A stretch of DNA of 59,788 bases, the filler included, from Basidiobolus meristosporus CBS 931.73 (taxonomy: Eukaryota; Fungi; Basidiobolomycota): NCBI GenBank assembly GCA_002104905.1. It is 4 parts of 4 records of this genome, joined end to end, with 100 filler letters (N's around TTAATTAATTAA, not from the genome) between each part and the next. Parts side by side here need not be neighbours in the genome. Positions count along the whole stretch, not along the records: positions 12,721 to 30,963 come from MCFE01001066.1; positions 31,064 to 51,268 come from MCFE01001009.1; 2 more parts are not named here. The stretch is one strand, 5' to 3'. The translations under genes were made by a program, and so were the position numbers. Under the pieces are notes generated by a model. The model searched no databases. It was given only the letters and a program-made list of their open reading frames with translations, and was not told the DNA's origin. This document shows, in pieces, positions 24,057-36,136 of the stretch (positions are counted from its first letter, which is position 1; each line of letters starts with the position of its first letter).

Positions 24057-24850
24057 ATGATCGGTGTTCGCGTTCTCACTATCGCCCTGGCCGCCCTTCT
24101 TGCCTTTGTTACCTTGAGTGAGGCTCACTCGTGGGTCGACTGCCTGGACTGGCGCTTCAAGGACTCCAAGAAGAAGAGCTTTGACGATAATGCTGGTGAA
24201 TGTCGCGGATACGCCCGCCGTTTCCCCGTCAAGTACGGGAAGAATGGTCAAGTAACTCCCAAGAAGCCCTTCGGAACATTGGATAGTGACTGGCCGAATC
24301 GCCACTACAAACAATCTGAGCTGCACCCTGGTAGGTCCTCCAGCGCCACGTAGCTGTCGTTCAATATTCTTAACTCCCTTCCTTTATTAAAGATAACTGG
24401 CCTGCATGCTCAACCGGCAAGCGCTACAAGAACGGCGAGCACGAGGAGGTCGGATCCGACGAAACCCGTGCCTCCCCCGTCAGTAAAGCTTATGGTCAGA
24501 ACAAGTGGGGCCGTATGACCATCAAGAAGGTTGGTCAACAACTTTGTGTGCGCTGGCCAGCCAAGACTCATCAGCATGAGCCCAACAACATCGTGTATAT
24601 CAACATGCCACCAAAGCCCACTTCCAAGGATCCCACCCAGAAGGAGATGAACAAATGGACCATTGCCAAGTTGAACTACGGTAACTGCTTCTCTGGTGGC
24701 TCCGACAAGGCTCGTTGTGGGGGCTGCTTCAAGATTCCCAAGGATCGCAAGCCTGGAGAGTATCTCATTCAATGGAGATGGAAGTTGAATGGCAGCGATG
24801 GCAAGCCCGAGTGGTACACCTCCTGTGCTGATGTGAAGATTAACAAATGA
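24057..24850 (+). CDS. Secreted LPMO-like / histidine-brace candidate, 243 aa; exons 24057-24330, 24393-24850
   Basis: Signal peptide ending SEA|HSW; 62-nt GTAGGT..CTTAAC..AAG intron restores one frame; WPAKTH; C-terminal GEYLIQWRW...EWYTSCADVKI; 8 Cys; TATAAA at 23961. Confidence 0.85.
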
Positions 24851-26566
24851 ACGTGAAGCCCTGTGTGTCACCAAAGACACCTGAATGCTCAACCCAGCAT
24901 TAAATATAATCCAAATAAATTGATCCATATTTACTGCAGCAAAGGACTCGGTCATTTATTAAGAGATCAATTGGTTACTTAAATTAGAGCGATGTCGGTG
25001 ATGGGGGCGCATCTTCCAGGCAACTTTGGATCAGTGTTTGGCTCACACATCAATCCTTTGTCACAGAGGTCGATGTCGATCTTGTCGCTTGTGCATGAGG
25101 TATTGATCTAGCAACGATATTGGCAATCAGCAGACTTACTTCCGATTGATTGGAACTAGAAACCCTCCCTTACCTGGCCTTTACGAATGCATACACCAAC
25201 ATCGCTTCCTGGCCCCTTAACACACTCGAGGTTTGATGAGCAAATGGTGGAGCCTCCGCAAGCTGTACCTATCTGTGATGTGTCGTTAGGGCCAGCATGG
25301 CTGGTGCCGTTTTATTTTTCAGGACCTACCTCGCCTGGCCTTCTACAGGTTCCTCTTCCGTGTGACTTCTTCACACACTCTAATCCTGGAATACTATTTG
25401 GATTTAGTTGCAGCGAAAACGACTAGCCGGCAAGGTGGATGGAAATTACCATTCCAGTTGGCGTGGCCCGCCGCACGGCAAGCTTCTACCTCTGGTGAAG
25501 GCCCGCTGGTTTACAATGATTCGTTTATACGTGTGGTGTAGACCATTGATCTAGATGTACCAACCCTGGTGAACTTCTTGCAAATACCATAGCTATACTC
25601 GGATTTATCCTCCACCATGCAAGTTTCGTCTTGGCCACTATGCAGTAAGTCCAATGGTGAACAACAGCCAGCATTCTAAAGAGTCGAGCAAAATTACCAT
25701 CGTAGAAGCTCTTCCCCGCCACACACTACAATCCCGAACCACTAAGTTATTTGATTCCAGGAAAATCCAATCCAAGGTCACTCAACCTTTTCCCTCAGTT
25801 TTGGTGGCGCTTTGACAGGTGAAACCCTGTTCGTTTCCGGTCCTTAGACAATCGAGCCCAAGCCTGCAGGTGTAAACACTGCTTCTTGATGGATCACAGA
25901 TGCTTCCTAGCTGAAAGATACCAGTAAGTAAACCTGGATCATCAGGCACTGGCCTCTAGATTCACCTCTCCAAATGTCAAGCCTGCCTTGGCACACGTTC
26001 CCGTAGCACCTGGGAGCTTCGAGGTAACTATGCAAAGTTCATTCGCCCCGCTTCGGCTCATTGTTAGTATCCGGGAGGCTGTCCAAAGAGCAGGCTACTT
26101 TTACCATGGAATGTTGCTCAAACCACCACATACTAGGTTACAAATGCTCTTTAGTCAACATGTGGTCAACCAAACGGATAGGACGTACGTACGTGTGCAG
26201 ACCACTGAACCGCCACTTCCCAGAAGCATCAACACGTGCCATCTCATCTTACTTGGAGGGGAGGGATTGCCGGTGTGAGGGCGGAGGGGATATTTATTCC
26301 TTGCCTTCAAAACGGCCGTTCAAACAACGCATCATCTCGGATGGCTTTGGTGGGGTTGATTGGAGGATTTTATTTGTGGCAGTTTTGAGATATGATAGGT
26401 GTGTTTCAACAGAGGGGGATTCGATTACCTAAAAGACAATTAAGCGAGTTTGTACACCAAATCAAAAAATCGTTCTTCATTAGTTGGAACGAGAACGCGT
26501 TGCTGTGGTATAGACTCCTATAGCGTGGCGTAAAACTACGATGATGCTATATTCTCTCCCATGGAT

Positions 26567-27646
26567 TTACTGCTCCTCTTTCTCTTCAGTGGAGTGGGTG
26601 TAATCGAATGGATCCCCGAGGGCGACCTTGATGAGAAGCTTTCTGCCCTCCAAGGTGAGCTCCTTCTTCTCCTCCAACACCTTCTTTTGATCCTCTTCTT
26701 TCTCAAACTCTACGAAACCAAAGCCTTTGGAGCGGCCGGTTTTGGAGGTGACGATCAGAGATCTGGTGACCTTGGTGTCTGGGAACAATCCCTCCAAGGC
26801 GGAGGTCTCTAGGTTGTAGGGTAGGTTGCCAATAAACAAGCTCTGGGTGGAGGGCGCTCCGAGGGGGGCCTTTGGCTTGCCTCCGAATCTACGACCGCGT
26901 CTAGCTCTAGGTCCTCTCTCGTCCTCATCAACCGATTGCTCGGATAAATCAAGGTTGCCTAGCTCCTCACTGACTTGTGAAACGCCATTCTCGGCATCGA
27001 CATCGGCGCCGGCTTCGTTGGTGGCGTCGCGTTTGTTGGAGAATCGGCGGGGCGCCTTGGAGCTCTATAACCAAAGTGTTAGCCAGGTCTCCATGCCCAC
27101 TCATACATATGGTCCGGTAGTTACCAATACAACTTCGTCTTCGTTCGCGCCACGTCCTCTACCTCTACCTGCTCCACGTCCACGCTTGGCTCTTCCGCGT
27201 CCACGAGCTCCCTTTTTACCCTCACCAGAGGCCTCGTTTTCCTCACCTTCGTTGACGTGGTTCTCATCCTTGCTAGGTTCAGGTTCACGTTTGATGGGGC
27301 GGGCGAGTTCTACCTTGAGCACTCTACCGTCCAACTCGGACTTGTCCTTTTCACTGACGGCCTTTTGGGCATCATCTAATTTTTCGAAGCTAATGAAGCC
27401 ATAGCCTAGAGAGCGTTTACCGCGGGTAAGAATGGTGGCTTCGCTGCTATAGGGAGAAGGGAAGGGCGTGAGATCAGCTGGTGGCTATGGGGGTGAAAGT
27501 GGGCTAGCCAAGAGCGCTTACATGGGGCCGAAACTATCGAAAGCGGCCTTCAGCTCTTCTTGGGTGGTCTGGAAGGGCAAGTTGCCGATGAACACTTTGG
27601 TACTTTGCTCGTTGTTGAGCACTTCTGGTTGACTCTCTTCGGACAT
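26567..27646 (-). CDS. Two-RRM, RGG-linker RNA-binding protein (Sbp1-like architecture), ~314 aa; exons 27646-27522, 27446-27125, 27064-26567
   Basis: RNP2 VFIGNL / LFIGNL and RNP1 LGYGFISF / KGFGFVEF; RGRGRAKRGRGAGRGRGRG linker; 75- and 60-nt introns keep frame (second donor slightly ambiguous). Confidence 0.9.
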
Positions 27647-28181
27647 GGTGAAGTGAACTTTACACTAAGGGGGCTGAGATTACTAACGTTTGAACGGATA
27701 TTTCCAAAATACCTCTCCTGCCGACTCGTCACTTTCCAATTTACCTTACCGCACTCCTATTGACCCTGGCCTGGTCTACGTACGCATCCCACGCGATCTC
27801 CCATATTTCCCCTGGCATTCGTAATCGAAGAGTGGCTTTCGAATAACATCCATATCGATGGCCAATCCGATATTTTCCCCGTCCAAAAGTGGATCCCTGA
27901 TTTCGTCATCCACTCGATGGGAAGGCGCATAATTAACCCCCAATTTACCCATAATAAACCACGTTGATTGATTGGGATTCGGTGGAAAATTCCCCTATCC
28001 CTCACTAGTCCGCATAATTGTCACGATATTCTCTGGAGACCAATCGTCTTCAATCAAACGGATGTGTTTATTTTGGGCTTAGTTAATCCACCGTGCTAGA
28101 CATTTTAGTCATTTACTGGATGCCAAGTGGGTTTACAATAGCATAAGCAGAATAAATATTATAGGTTGCAGTGCGGATAAA

Positions 28182-29468
28182 CTAAATCATGGTTTCAGCT
28201 AGACTCTTTTGGCCCATCTTGACAAATCTGGGATAGGTGTATCGGAACATCAAGGTGCGGACCTCGCTGAATGCCCTGTCAAAGATGTCCAGGCGGATGT
28301 CGTTGGACTGGAACCTACGCCGGATCTCTCGCACCGCTGATGCTTCGAGGTTCAGCTCGAACTCTGAGTCAGCCGAGATGAAGGTGTTGTAGATGCTGTT
28401 GATCTCGAGTATCACCCAGGTGGGAAGTTCCGCTGCACCCGAGAGTTCTCGTGTCTTGTGGCGAAGCTTCTGGATGCGCTCGAAGAACAGAGCATTCTCC
28501 ACACTGAAGTCACGGAGGGAGAACCGCTTGAACACCTCGAACTGCTGCGGATCCTCGACCATCGACTCGAATGAGGCCATGCTGGAGCTTCTGCTGCCTC
28601 CAGCACCGCCTCGGAGTGCATTGACGGCTGGGAGAACAATGCTGAAGCAGTGGCTGATCATCAAGGCGACCACACTCCAGTGGGCAGCTGGGAAGATCTT
28701 GATCACATCTCTGAGTGATGGCAGTGCAGCGAATAGGATGTACAGGATGAAGGCAATCACACCCAGGGTGAAGTCGGCCATGAGCTCACGCTTGATTCCG
28801 TAGGCATCATCGACACCACGGAGCCAGGTGATGAAGAGAGGGCACAGCACGAACACATAAAAGGCGGAGGTGAGGTAGACAGGGATGAACTCCCAGCCAA
28901 CCAGGCAGTTCCCCAAGGCCATGGTCGGGGTGATCTGGAACTTGGTGGTGAACGCTTGGACCAGCAGGGTGAGGGCCATCTGGAAGGACAACGCACCGAT
29001 GATCAGTCGGACAATGTAGTTTGTGGTGAACTTCTCGCGGTGCTTGTAGTACCAGTTCTCATCCAGGACCATGGTAGGTGCGGAGGTGATGGTGGGTTTC
29101 TCTGAGCCGAGATCCACATAGTGATCCGCGCTGGAGCCAGCCACTAGTTTGGCCTGGCTGAAATGGTACAGGAAGGCAAGTCGCATGAACCGACCAGCGA
29201 CCGAGGTGAGCCACAGCGGCATACCAATGGACGAGACCCAGATGTTGACAAAGCAGGGGAAGCTGTCGTAGGTCGGCTCTCGCCCGAGATAGAGAGTGGT
29301 GACCAGCGAGTTACCGATCACCATGAACACCGAGAGGGTGATACTGCGGTAGCGAATGGCCGGCGACTGATACTGGGAGATGAACAGGAACGTGGTGGAG
29401 ATGAGGAAGAAGTTCCACCCAATGGTTACCGGGTAATAGAACTTCTGGGATGTTGTCCAGTTATCCAT
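28182..29468 (-). CDS. 7TM receptor-like protein fused to an RGS domain, 428 aa
   Basis: Seven hydrophobic segments, then RGS motifs FKRFSLRDFSVENALFFERI, IYNTFI...ELNL, IFDRAFSEV..LM...YPRF; TATATAA upstream supports the ATG at 29468. Confidence 0.9.
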   Translation of the reverse strand: MDNWTTSQKFYYPVTIGWNFFLISTTFLFISQYQSPAIRYRSITLSVFMVIGNSLVTTLYLGREPTYDSFPCFVNIWVSSIGMPLWLTSVAGRFMRLAFLYHFSQAKLVAGSSADHYVDLGSEKPTITSAPTMVLDENWYYKHREKFTTNYIVRLIIGALSFQMALTLLVQAFTTKFQITPTMALGNCLVGWEFIPVYLTSAFYVFVLCPLFITWLRGVDDAYGIKRELMADFTLGVIAFILYILFAALPSLRDVIKIFPAAHWSVVALMISHCFSIVLPAVNALRGGAGGSRSSSMASFESMVEDPQQFEVFKRFSLRDFSVENALFFERIQKLRHKTRELSGAAELPTWVILEINSIYNTFISADSEFELNLEASAVREIRRRFQSNDIRLDIFDRAFSEVRTLMFRYTYPRFVKMGQKSLAETMI

Positions 29469-30221
29469 TAGTGAGCCAGATATTTTGGTGTATAGGAGGA
29501 TGTAATGTATTTGTGATATTGCAGACATTCCGGTCATCGAGCTTTCTTATATAGTACGTTAGATTGGAGTATGGAGTTCACTGCAGGAGCCATCGTGAAC
29601 GCATAGTATTACTTCGTTCGGCAGGGCACCCTCACAGAAGCTGGGGTCGTTGTACACTGATTTAATCGGGTGGTGGAGTACCATTCTAACTCGGATTGAG
29701 GAAATTACGACCACTTTGAAGGCAAATGTATCACTTGTCCGCGCTTTAGTACATATGATCAAATCAGTCGAATTTGTTTTATCTTGGAATGAATCTGTAA
29801 GAAATGATCCGTTACGCGCAACTGCCATGATTCGATTTTCAACTGGGAATTCGCTACCCCGCAATTATTTCGACTCTTTTCTGCACTCTACGGAGCGGGT
29901 CTTAATTTCCCTGAACACATAGATCAGATGACTTCGAATTTGGGAATTAACCTACGCACCACACATGCAACTCTGCGTGGAGCAGATAATATAGGCGTCG
30001 TGCAGCCCAACGCACTTCGGAGTAGCCACCGAGGCCTAGTAGGGAGAACTCCGCTTTGCTCTACGTCTGTTTTCTTTGGCTTTGAATGTACACTTCACCG
30101 GTGCGCATTATCTACCCTGCATTGGTTGGTATCTCCAGCTCGATCTGCTTGGTATAAATTCATTTTCGATGCTCAGACTGTTCGTACACAACTACCGCAG
30201 TCAACTAGTTTTCGATAAGCA

Positions 30222-30963
30222 ATGGACAGCTGGACTACATCCCAGAAATTCTATTACCCGGTAACCATTGGGTGGAACTTCTTCCTCATCTCCACCACGT
30301 TCCTGTTCATCTCCCAGTATCAGTCGCCGGCCATTCGCTACCGCAGCATCACCCTATCGGTGTTCATGGTGATCGGTAACTCGCTGGTCACCACTCTCTA
30401 TCTCGGGCGAGAGCCGACCTACAACAGCTTCCCCTGCTTTGTCAACATCTGGGTCTCGTCCATTGGTATGCCGCTGTGGCTCACCTCGGTCGCTGGTCGG
30501 TTCATGCGACTTGCCTTCCTGTACCACTTCAGCCAGGCCAAACTAGTGGCTGGCTCCAGCGCGGATCACTATGTGGATCTCGGCTCAGAGAAACCCACCA
30601 TCACCTCCGCACCTACCATGGTCCTGGATGAGAACTGGTACTACAAGCACCGCGAGAAGTTCACCACAAACTACATTGTCCGACTGATCATCGGTGCGTT
30701 GTCCTTCCAGATGGCCCTCACCCTGCTGGTCCAAGCGTTCACACCAAGTTCCAGATCACCCCGACCATGGCCTTGGGGAACTGCCTGGTTGGCTGGGAGT
30801 TCATCCCTGTCTACCTCACCTCCGCCTTCTATGTGTTCGTGCTGTGCCCTCTGTTCATCACCTGGCTCCGTGGTGTCGATGATGCCTACGGAATCAAGCG
30901 TGAGCTCATGGCCGACTTCACCCTGGGTGTGATTGCCTTCATCCTGTACATCCTATTCGCTGC
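30222..30963 (+). CDS. Second 7TM-RGS copy (divergent orientation), 1-bp frameshift at ~30742, runs into gap
   Basis: Near-identical reverse complement of 28730-29468; TTC-AC-ACC vs TTC-ACC-ACC. Confidence 0.85.
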
Positions 30964-31063
30964 NNNNNNNNNNNNNNNNNNNNNNNNNNNNNNNNNNNNN
31001 NNNNNNNTTAATTAATTAANNNNNNNNNNNNNNNNNNNNNNNNNNNNNNNNNNNNNNNNNNNN
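30964..31063. other. Assembly gap (100 bp) with linker
   Basis: TTAATTAATTAA at 31008-31019. Confidence 0.98.
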
Positions 31064-31243
31064 TTCTAGTGAAAATACACAACCATCGAGCCTCTCATCG
31101 CATGAAACATTGGGCCCGGTCCATTGGTTTGTAAAAGGTTTCGGGAAATTTCCAAAATTTTCCATTCGAGATCTTGGTAGTTATACTACCATACGATAGC
31201 ATAACATTTGTGTGGTTTGTTATGTACTTGGTATCAAAACTCT

Positions 31244-31480
31244 CTAATAATCATCGTAGTCATCCCCACCACTGCCCCCTCCATACTTCCTTCTTCCGTG
31301 GCTGTGGTCGCCATAATCATAATCACCACCACCATGACCTACTCCCTTGTAGTCGGGATCGTAAGAACGCTCAAGGACTGTAGCATTGATGACCACCGCT
31401 GCGGAGACGACAAGGAATAGCTTTACAGCGGAGAATCTCCTGTGGAAATAATGATACAAAGCAGTGGACAGTCGGGTCAT
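31244..31480 (-). CDS. DY/G-rich secreted repeat protein copy 1 (diverged; family ATG replaced by AGG at 31441; possible pseudogene)
   Basis: RRFSAVKLFLVVSAAVVINATVLERSYDPDYKGVGHGGGDY...YDDY aligns to the family N-terminus MKYSIAKLLLVISAALA. Confidence 0.65.
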   Translation of the reverse strand: MTRLSTALYHYFHRRFSAVKLFLVVSAAVVINATVLERSYDPDYKGVGHGGGDYDYGDHSHGRRKYGGGSGGDDYDDY

Positions 31481-31788
31481 TTTATAGTGCGACTGAAGTA
31501 TGTAATACAGTAGTATACTTCATCTGTATTACGAGTTTGAAATCGAGTCATAAGTTCTGGTGCCCTCGCTCTGCAATGTCTATAGTAGGTTCACGCTTTG
31601 TTTCCTTGTAGTGCTCCTGTTATACCAACTTAGTAGGACCTAAACTTTCTGTTGTGACTAAACACTGGCACACTAGTTGGCCTGATCTTGTTGCTGGTAG
31701 AGATTTCCAACATTTAAGAAAATATATGGAGATATTCACTCGAATGTCGTTTATTGTGTACTTGGTATCAAGAGGGTATCCAAAATCT

Positions 31789-32172
31789 CTAATAGTCGTC
31801 ATAACCATCACCACGACCACGACCACCACCACCATGCTTCCTCCTTCCATCGTAGTCATCATCGTAGTCGTTGCCGTCGTATCTCTTTCTCCCGTGGCCG
31901 CGGCCATCGTAGTCATCATCGTAGTCGTCACCATCATGTCTCCTTCCTCGGCCACGGCCATTGCCATCGTAATCATCATCGTAGTCGCCACCTCCGCCAC
32001 CACCATATCTCCTTCTTCCGTGACCATGGCTGTCGTAGTCATCGTCGTAGTCACCGCCACCACCGTGACCTACTCCCTTGTAGCCAGGATCGTAAGAGCG
32101 CTCAAGGACTGTGGCGTTGATAGCCAACGCAGCGGAGATGACAAGGAGAAGCTTTGCAACAGAGTATTTCAT
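31789..32172 (-). CDS. DY/G-rich secreted repeat protein copy 2, 127 aa
   Basis: MKYSVAKLLLVISAALA signal; DYDDDYD / GHGRRR repeats; TATA upstream, AATAAA downstream. Confidence 0.9.
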   Translation of the reverse strand: MKYSVAKLLLVISAALAINATVLERSYDPGYKGVGHGGGGDYDDDYDSHGHGRRRYGGGGGGDYDDDYDGNGRGRGRRHDGDDYDDDYDGRGHGRKRYDGNDYDDDYDGRRKHGGGGRGRGDGYDDY

Positions 32173-32619
32173 CTTGAGATAGTGAGTTGGAGGAGTGGAC
32201 GGCTGGTGGTATTTATAAGAAGAAACCATGCGTGAGTATTAGCACGCTCTATAGGTTTATCAGTGTTGTGGGTTTGTATACGCACATTCAAATGCAGAGT
32301 GCATACACTGCAAGCTAGCCATGGCTTACGACAGGATCTACCTTCACTCTGCAGCGTCAGTTTGTAGATCTTCAGGTGTAGGTGTGTCCCGTGCGCCGCG
32401 TAGTACTTGCAGCATCAATATGTGCCAGCTACGAATCAATCACTATTTTGGTCAGATCTTGTTGTTTGCCCATTTCAGCAATAAGAAGGCAAGCAGTGGT
32501 TTCAGAAATTTAAGCTCACATGGCTGCTTAATGCCTGTAAGTATTTACAACTCTGGATGTGTAATGGCGTAGCATAGTTTATTGTGTATCTGGTATCAAA
32601 AAGAATGTATCTCAAGTCT

Positions 32620-32988
32620 CTAGTAGTCGTCATAGCCATCACCACGGCCACCACCACCACCATGCCTCTTTCTCCCATCGTAGTCATCATCGTAATCATT
32701 GCCATGCTTCTTTCTTCTTCCGTGACCGTGACCATCGTAGTCATCGTCGTAGTCATCGCCATCATATCTCCTTCCTCTTCCACGGCCATTGCCATCATAG
32801 TCGTCATCGTAGTCATCGTCATACTTCTTTCTTCTTCCATGGCCATTACCATCGTAATCATCGTCGTAGTCACCGCCACCATGACCTACCCCCTTGTAGT
32901 CAGGGTCGTAGGAGCGCTCAAGGACTGTAGCGTTGATAGCCAACGCAGCGGAGACGACAAGGAGAAGCTTTGCAATGGAGTATTTCAT
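32620..32988 (-). CDS. DY/G-rich secreted repeat protein copy 3, 122 aa
   Basis: Same family signal peptide and repeats. Confidence 0.9.
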   Translation of the reverse strand: MKYSIAKLLLVVSAALAINATVLERSYDPDYKGVGHGGGDYDDDYDGNGHGRRKKYDDDYDDDYDGNGRGRGRRYDGDDYDDDYDGHGHGRRKKHGNDYDDDYDGRKRHGGGGGRGDGYDDY

Positions 32989-33443
32989 GCTGAGATAGTG
33001 ATTTGAAGGAGGGACCGATCGGATTTATATACAGGGTGGTGAGAGTAAACACAAGCAGTAGCACGCTTCACTGGTGTTGTGGATTTGTATTGCACAATAA
33101 ATCTTTGGGATCGAATCATGACATGTGGTAGTCACCTCCCACAGTCTGCAGTGTTAAGGCATCGAATATTATGATCCTCTATTTAATTCAGGCACCACGT
33201 GTTACTTATAGTCACAGCGGGATGCTCTAAATGACTACAACTGATTAATATTAGCTAAGTACACCATTGGCAAATTACCAGAATTTCCTGAACTTCGTAT
33301 AGTCTATTGTGGTTCTTATGCCAGCATGAAGCTAATATCATTCAAGGAATCTTGCAACTTTGTTAATTGGGGACAATCGCTGTTTATTAGATATTTGGTA
33401 TCAAGAGGGCATCTAGAGGGTATCAAGAGGGTATCTAGAATCT

Positions 33444-33803
33444 CTAGTAGTCATCATAGCCATCACCACGGCCACCACTACCACCACCATACTTCTTTCT
33501 TCCATCATATTCATCATCGTAATCGTTGCCATGCTTCTTTCTTCTTCCGTGACCGTGGCCATCGTAGTCATCACCATCGTATCTCCTTCCTCTTCCACGG
33601 CCATTGCCATCATAGTCGTCATCGTAGTCATCGTCATACTTCTTTCTTCTTCCATGGCCATTGCCGTCGTAATCATCGTCATAGTCACCGCCACCATGAC
33701 CTACCCCCTTGTATTCAGGGTCGTAGGAGCGCTCAAGGACTGTAGCATTGATAGCCAATGCAGCGGAGATGACAAGGAGAAGCTTTGCAATGGAGTATTT
33801 CAT
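33444..33803 (-). CDS. DY/G-rich secreted repeat protein copy 4, 119 aa
   Basis: Same family; DPEY variant. Confidence 0.9.
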   Translation of the reverse strand: MKYSIAKLLLVISAALAINATVLERSYDPEYKGVGHGGGDYDDDYDGNGHGRRKKYDDDYDDDYDGNGRGRGRRYDGDDYDGHGHGRRKKHGNDYDDEYDGRKKYGGGSGGRGDGYDDY

Positions 33804-34267
33804 GCTGAGATAGTGATTTGAAGGAGGGGCTGATCAGATTTATATACAGGGTGGTGAGAGTAAGCATAAGCAGTAGCACAAGCAGTAGCATGCTTCATCA
33901 GTGTTGTGGGATTTGTGTTGAGCCTTGCAATCGCTTCAAGCTGCAATGTCAAGACATCAGATATGGGGATTGCCATTTGCTCTATGCACCACCTGTTACT
34001 TACAGCGTCAGTATGGCGTCAACTTCGGCGAGATATCAGCTTATTGCAGTATGTTCTAACAGGTTACAATTTGATCTGTTTCCTTTGTCAGATAAGCACA
34101 CCATTAGCAAACTACCAAAAATTTCCTGAACATCGTATTTCAGTATTCAATACTGAAGTTGTCATAATTTTACATCAAATATCAATTGTAGGTAATCGCA
34201 CAACTTTGAAAATCAGGTGCGATGGCTGTTTATTAGGTTTTTGGTATCAAGATGGTATCTCAAGTCC

Positions 34268-34558
34268 CTAATAATCGGCATAACCACCACCGCGGCCATG
34301 CTGCCTTCTTCCGTCATAGTCAACATCGTAATCATTGCCATGCTTCTTTCTTCTTCCGTGACCGTGACCGTGGCCATCGTAGTCATCGTCATACTTCTTT
34401 CTTCTTCCATGACCATTGCCGTCGTAGTCATCGTCATAGTCACCACCACCATGACCCATCCCCTTGTAGTCAGGATCGTAAGAGCGCTCAAGGACTGTAG
34501 CACTGATAGTCAGCGCCGTGGAGATGACAAGGAGAAGCTTTGCGATGGAATATTTCAT
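34268..34558 (-). CDS. DY/G-rich secreted repeat protein copy 5, 96 aa
   Basis: MKYSIAKLLLVISTALT; ends GGGYADY. Confidence 0.85.
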   Translation of the reverse strand: MKYSIAKLLLVISTALTISATVLERSYDPDYKGMGHGGGDYDDDYDGNGHGRRKKYDDDYDGHGHGHGRRKKHGNDYDVDYDGRRQHGRGGGYADY

Positions 34559-34939
34559 GTTGGAAGCGTGGCAGGAAACCATATCTTTTTGTAGGGTTAT
34601 GGGAGTATATACATGCAGTAGTGCGCTGTACAGTTTCATCAGTACTGTAGCCTGGTATCGAGACATGATACCGATGTCTTTACTCCGCAATTTAACTCAC
34701 AACTTTGTTTACTTGAGATGCTCCTGTTATATCAACTCTTCTGTTGCGGGTCCTAACCAATCACGGGCATACTAGTTGGCCTGATCTTGTTGCTGGTAGA
34801 GATTTCCAACATATAAGCCCTGGCGAGGTATTTTATGTAAATGAGGCATTTTATGCAATTTGGGGCCAGAAAATATATGGAAATATTCACTCGAATGTCG
34901 TTTATTGTGTACTTGGTATCAAGAGGGTATCCAAAATCT

Positions 34940-35320
34940 CTAATAGTCGTCATAACCATCACCACGACCACGACCACCACCACCATGCTTCCTCCTTCCA
35001 TCGTAGTCATCATCGTAGTCGTTACCGTCATATCTCTTTCTTCCGTGGCCGCGGCCATCGTAGTCATCGTCGTAGTCGTCACCATCATGTCTCCTTCCAC
35101 GGCCACGGCCATTGCCATCGTAATCATCATCGTAGTCGCCACCTCCACCACCGCCATATCTCCTTCCGTGACCATGGCCGTCGTAGTCATCGTCGTAGTC
35201 ACCGCCACCACCGTGACCTACTCCCTTGTAGCCAGGATCGTAAGAGCGCTCAAGGACTGTGGCGTTGATAGCCAACGCAGCGGAGATGACAAGGAGAAGC
35301 TTTGCAACAGAGTATTTCAT
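34940..35320 (-). CDS. DY/G-rich secreted repeat protein copy 6, 126 aa
   Basis: Near-duplicate of copy 2. Confidence 0.9.
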   Translation of the reverse strand: MKYSVAKLLLVISAALAINATVLERSYDPGYKGVGHGGGGDYDDDYDGHGHGRRYGGGGGGDYDDDYDGNGRGRGRRHDGDDYDDDYDGRGHGRKRYDGNDYDDDYDGRRKHGGGGRGRGDGYDDY

Positions 35321-35767
35321 TTTGAGATGGTGAGTTGGAGGAGTGGACGGCTGGTGGTATTTATAAGAAGAAATCATGCGTGAGTATTAGCACGCTCTAT
35401 AGGTTTATCAGTGTTGTGGGTTTGTATACGCACATTCAAATGCAGAGTGCATACACTGCAAGCTAGCCATGGCTTACGACAGGATCTACCTTCACTCTGC
35501 AGCGTCAGTTTGTAGATCTTCAGGTGTAGGTGTGTCCCGTGCGCCGCGTAGTACTTGCAGTATCAATATGTGCCAGCTACGAATCAATCACTATTTTGGT
35601 CAGATCTTGTTGTTTGCCCATTTCAGCAATAAGAAGGCAAGCAGTGGTTTCAGAAATTTAAGCTCACATGGCTGCTTAATGCCTGTAAGTATTTACAACT
35701 CTGGATGTGTAATGGCGTAGCATAGTTTATTGTGTATCTGGTATCAAAAAGAATGTATCTCAAGTCT

Positions 35768-36136
35768 CTAGTAGTCATCATAGCCATCACCACGGCCACC
35801 ACCACCACCATGCCTCTTTCTCCCATCGTAGTCATCATCGTAATCATTGCCATGCTTCTTTCTTCTTCCGTGACCGTGGCCATCGTAGTCATCGTCGTAG
35901 TCATCGCCATCATATCTCCTTCCTCTTCCACGGCCATTGCCATCATAGTCGTCATCGTAGTCATCGTCATACTTCTTTCTTCTTCCATGACCATTACCAT
36001 CGTAGTCATCGTCATAGTCACCGCTACCATGACCTACCCCCTTGTATTCAGGGTCGTAGGAGCGCTCAAGGACTGTAGCATTGATAGCCAATGCAGCGGA
36101 GATGACAAGGAGAAGCTTTGCAATGGAGTATTTCAT
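35768..36136 (-). CDS. DY/G-rich secreted repeat protein copy 7, 122 aa (copy 3/4 chimera)
   Basis: 3' part and downstream spacer as copy 3; 5' part (DPEY) and promoter as copy 4. Confidence 0.9.
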   Translation of the reverse strand: MKYSIAKLLLVISAALAINATVLERSYDPEYKGVGHGSGDYDDDYDGNGHGRRKKYDDDYDDDYDGNGRGRGRRYDGDDYDDDYDGHGHGRRKKHGNDYDDDYDGRKRHGGGGGRGDGYDDY

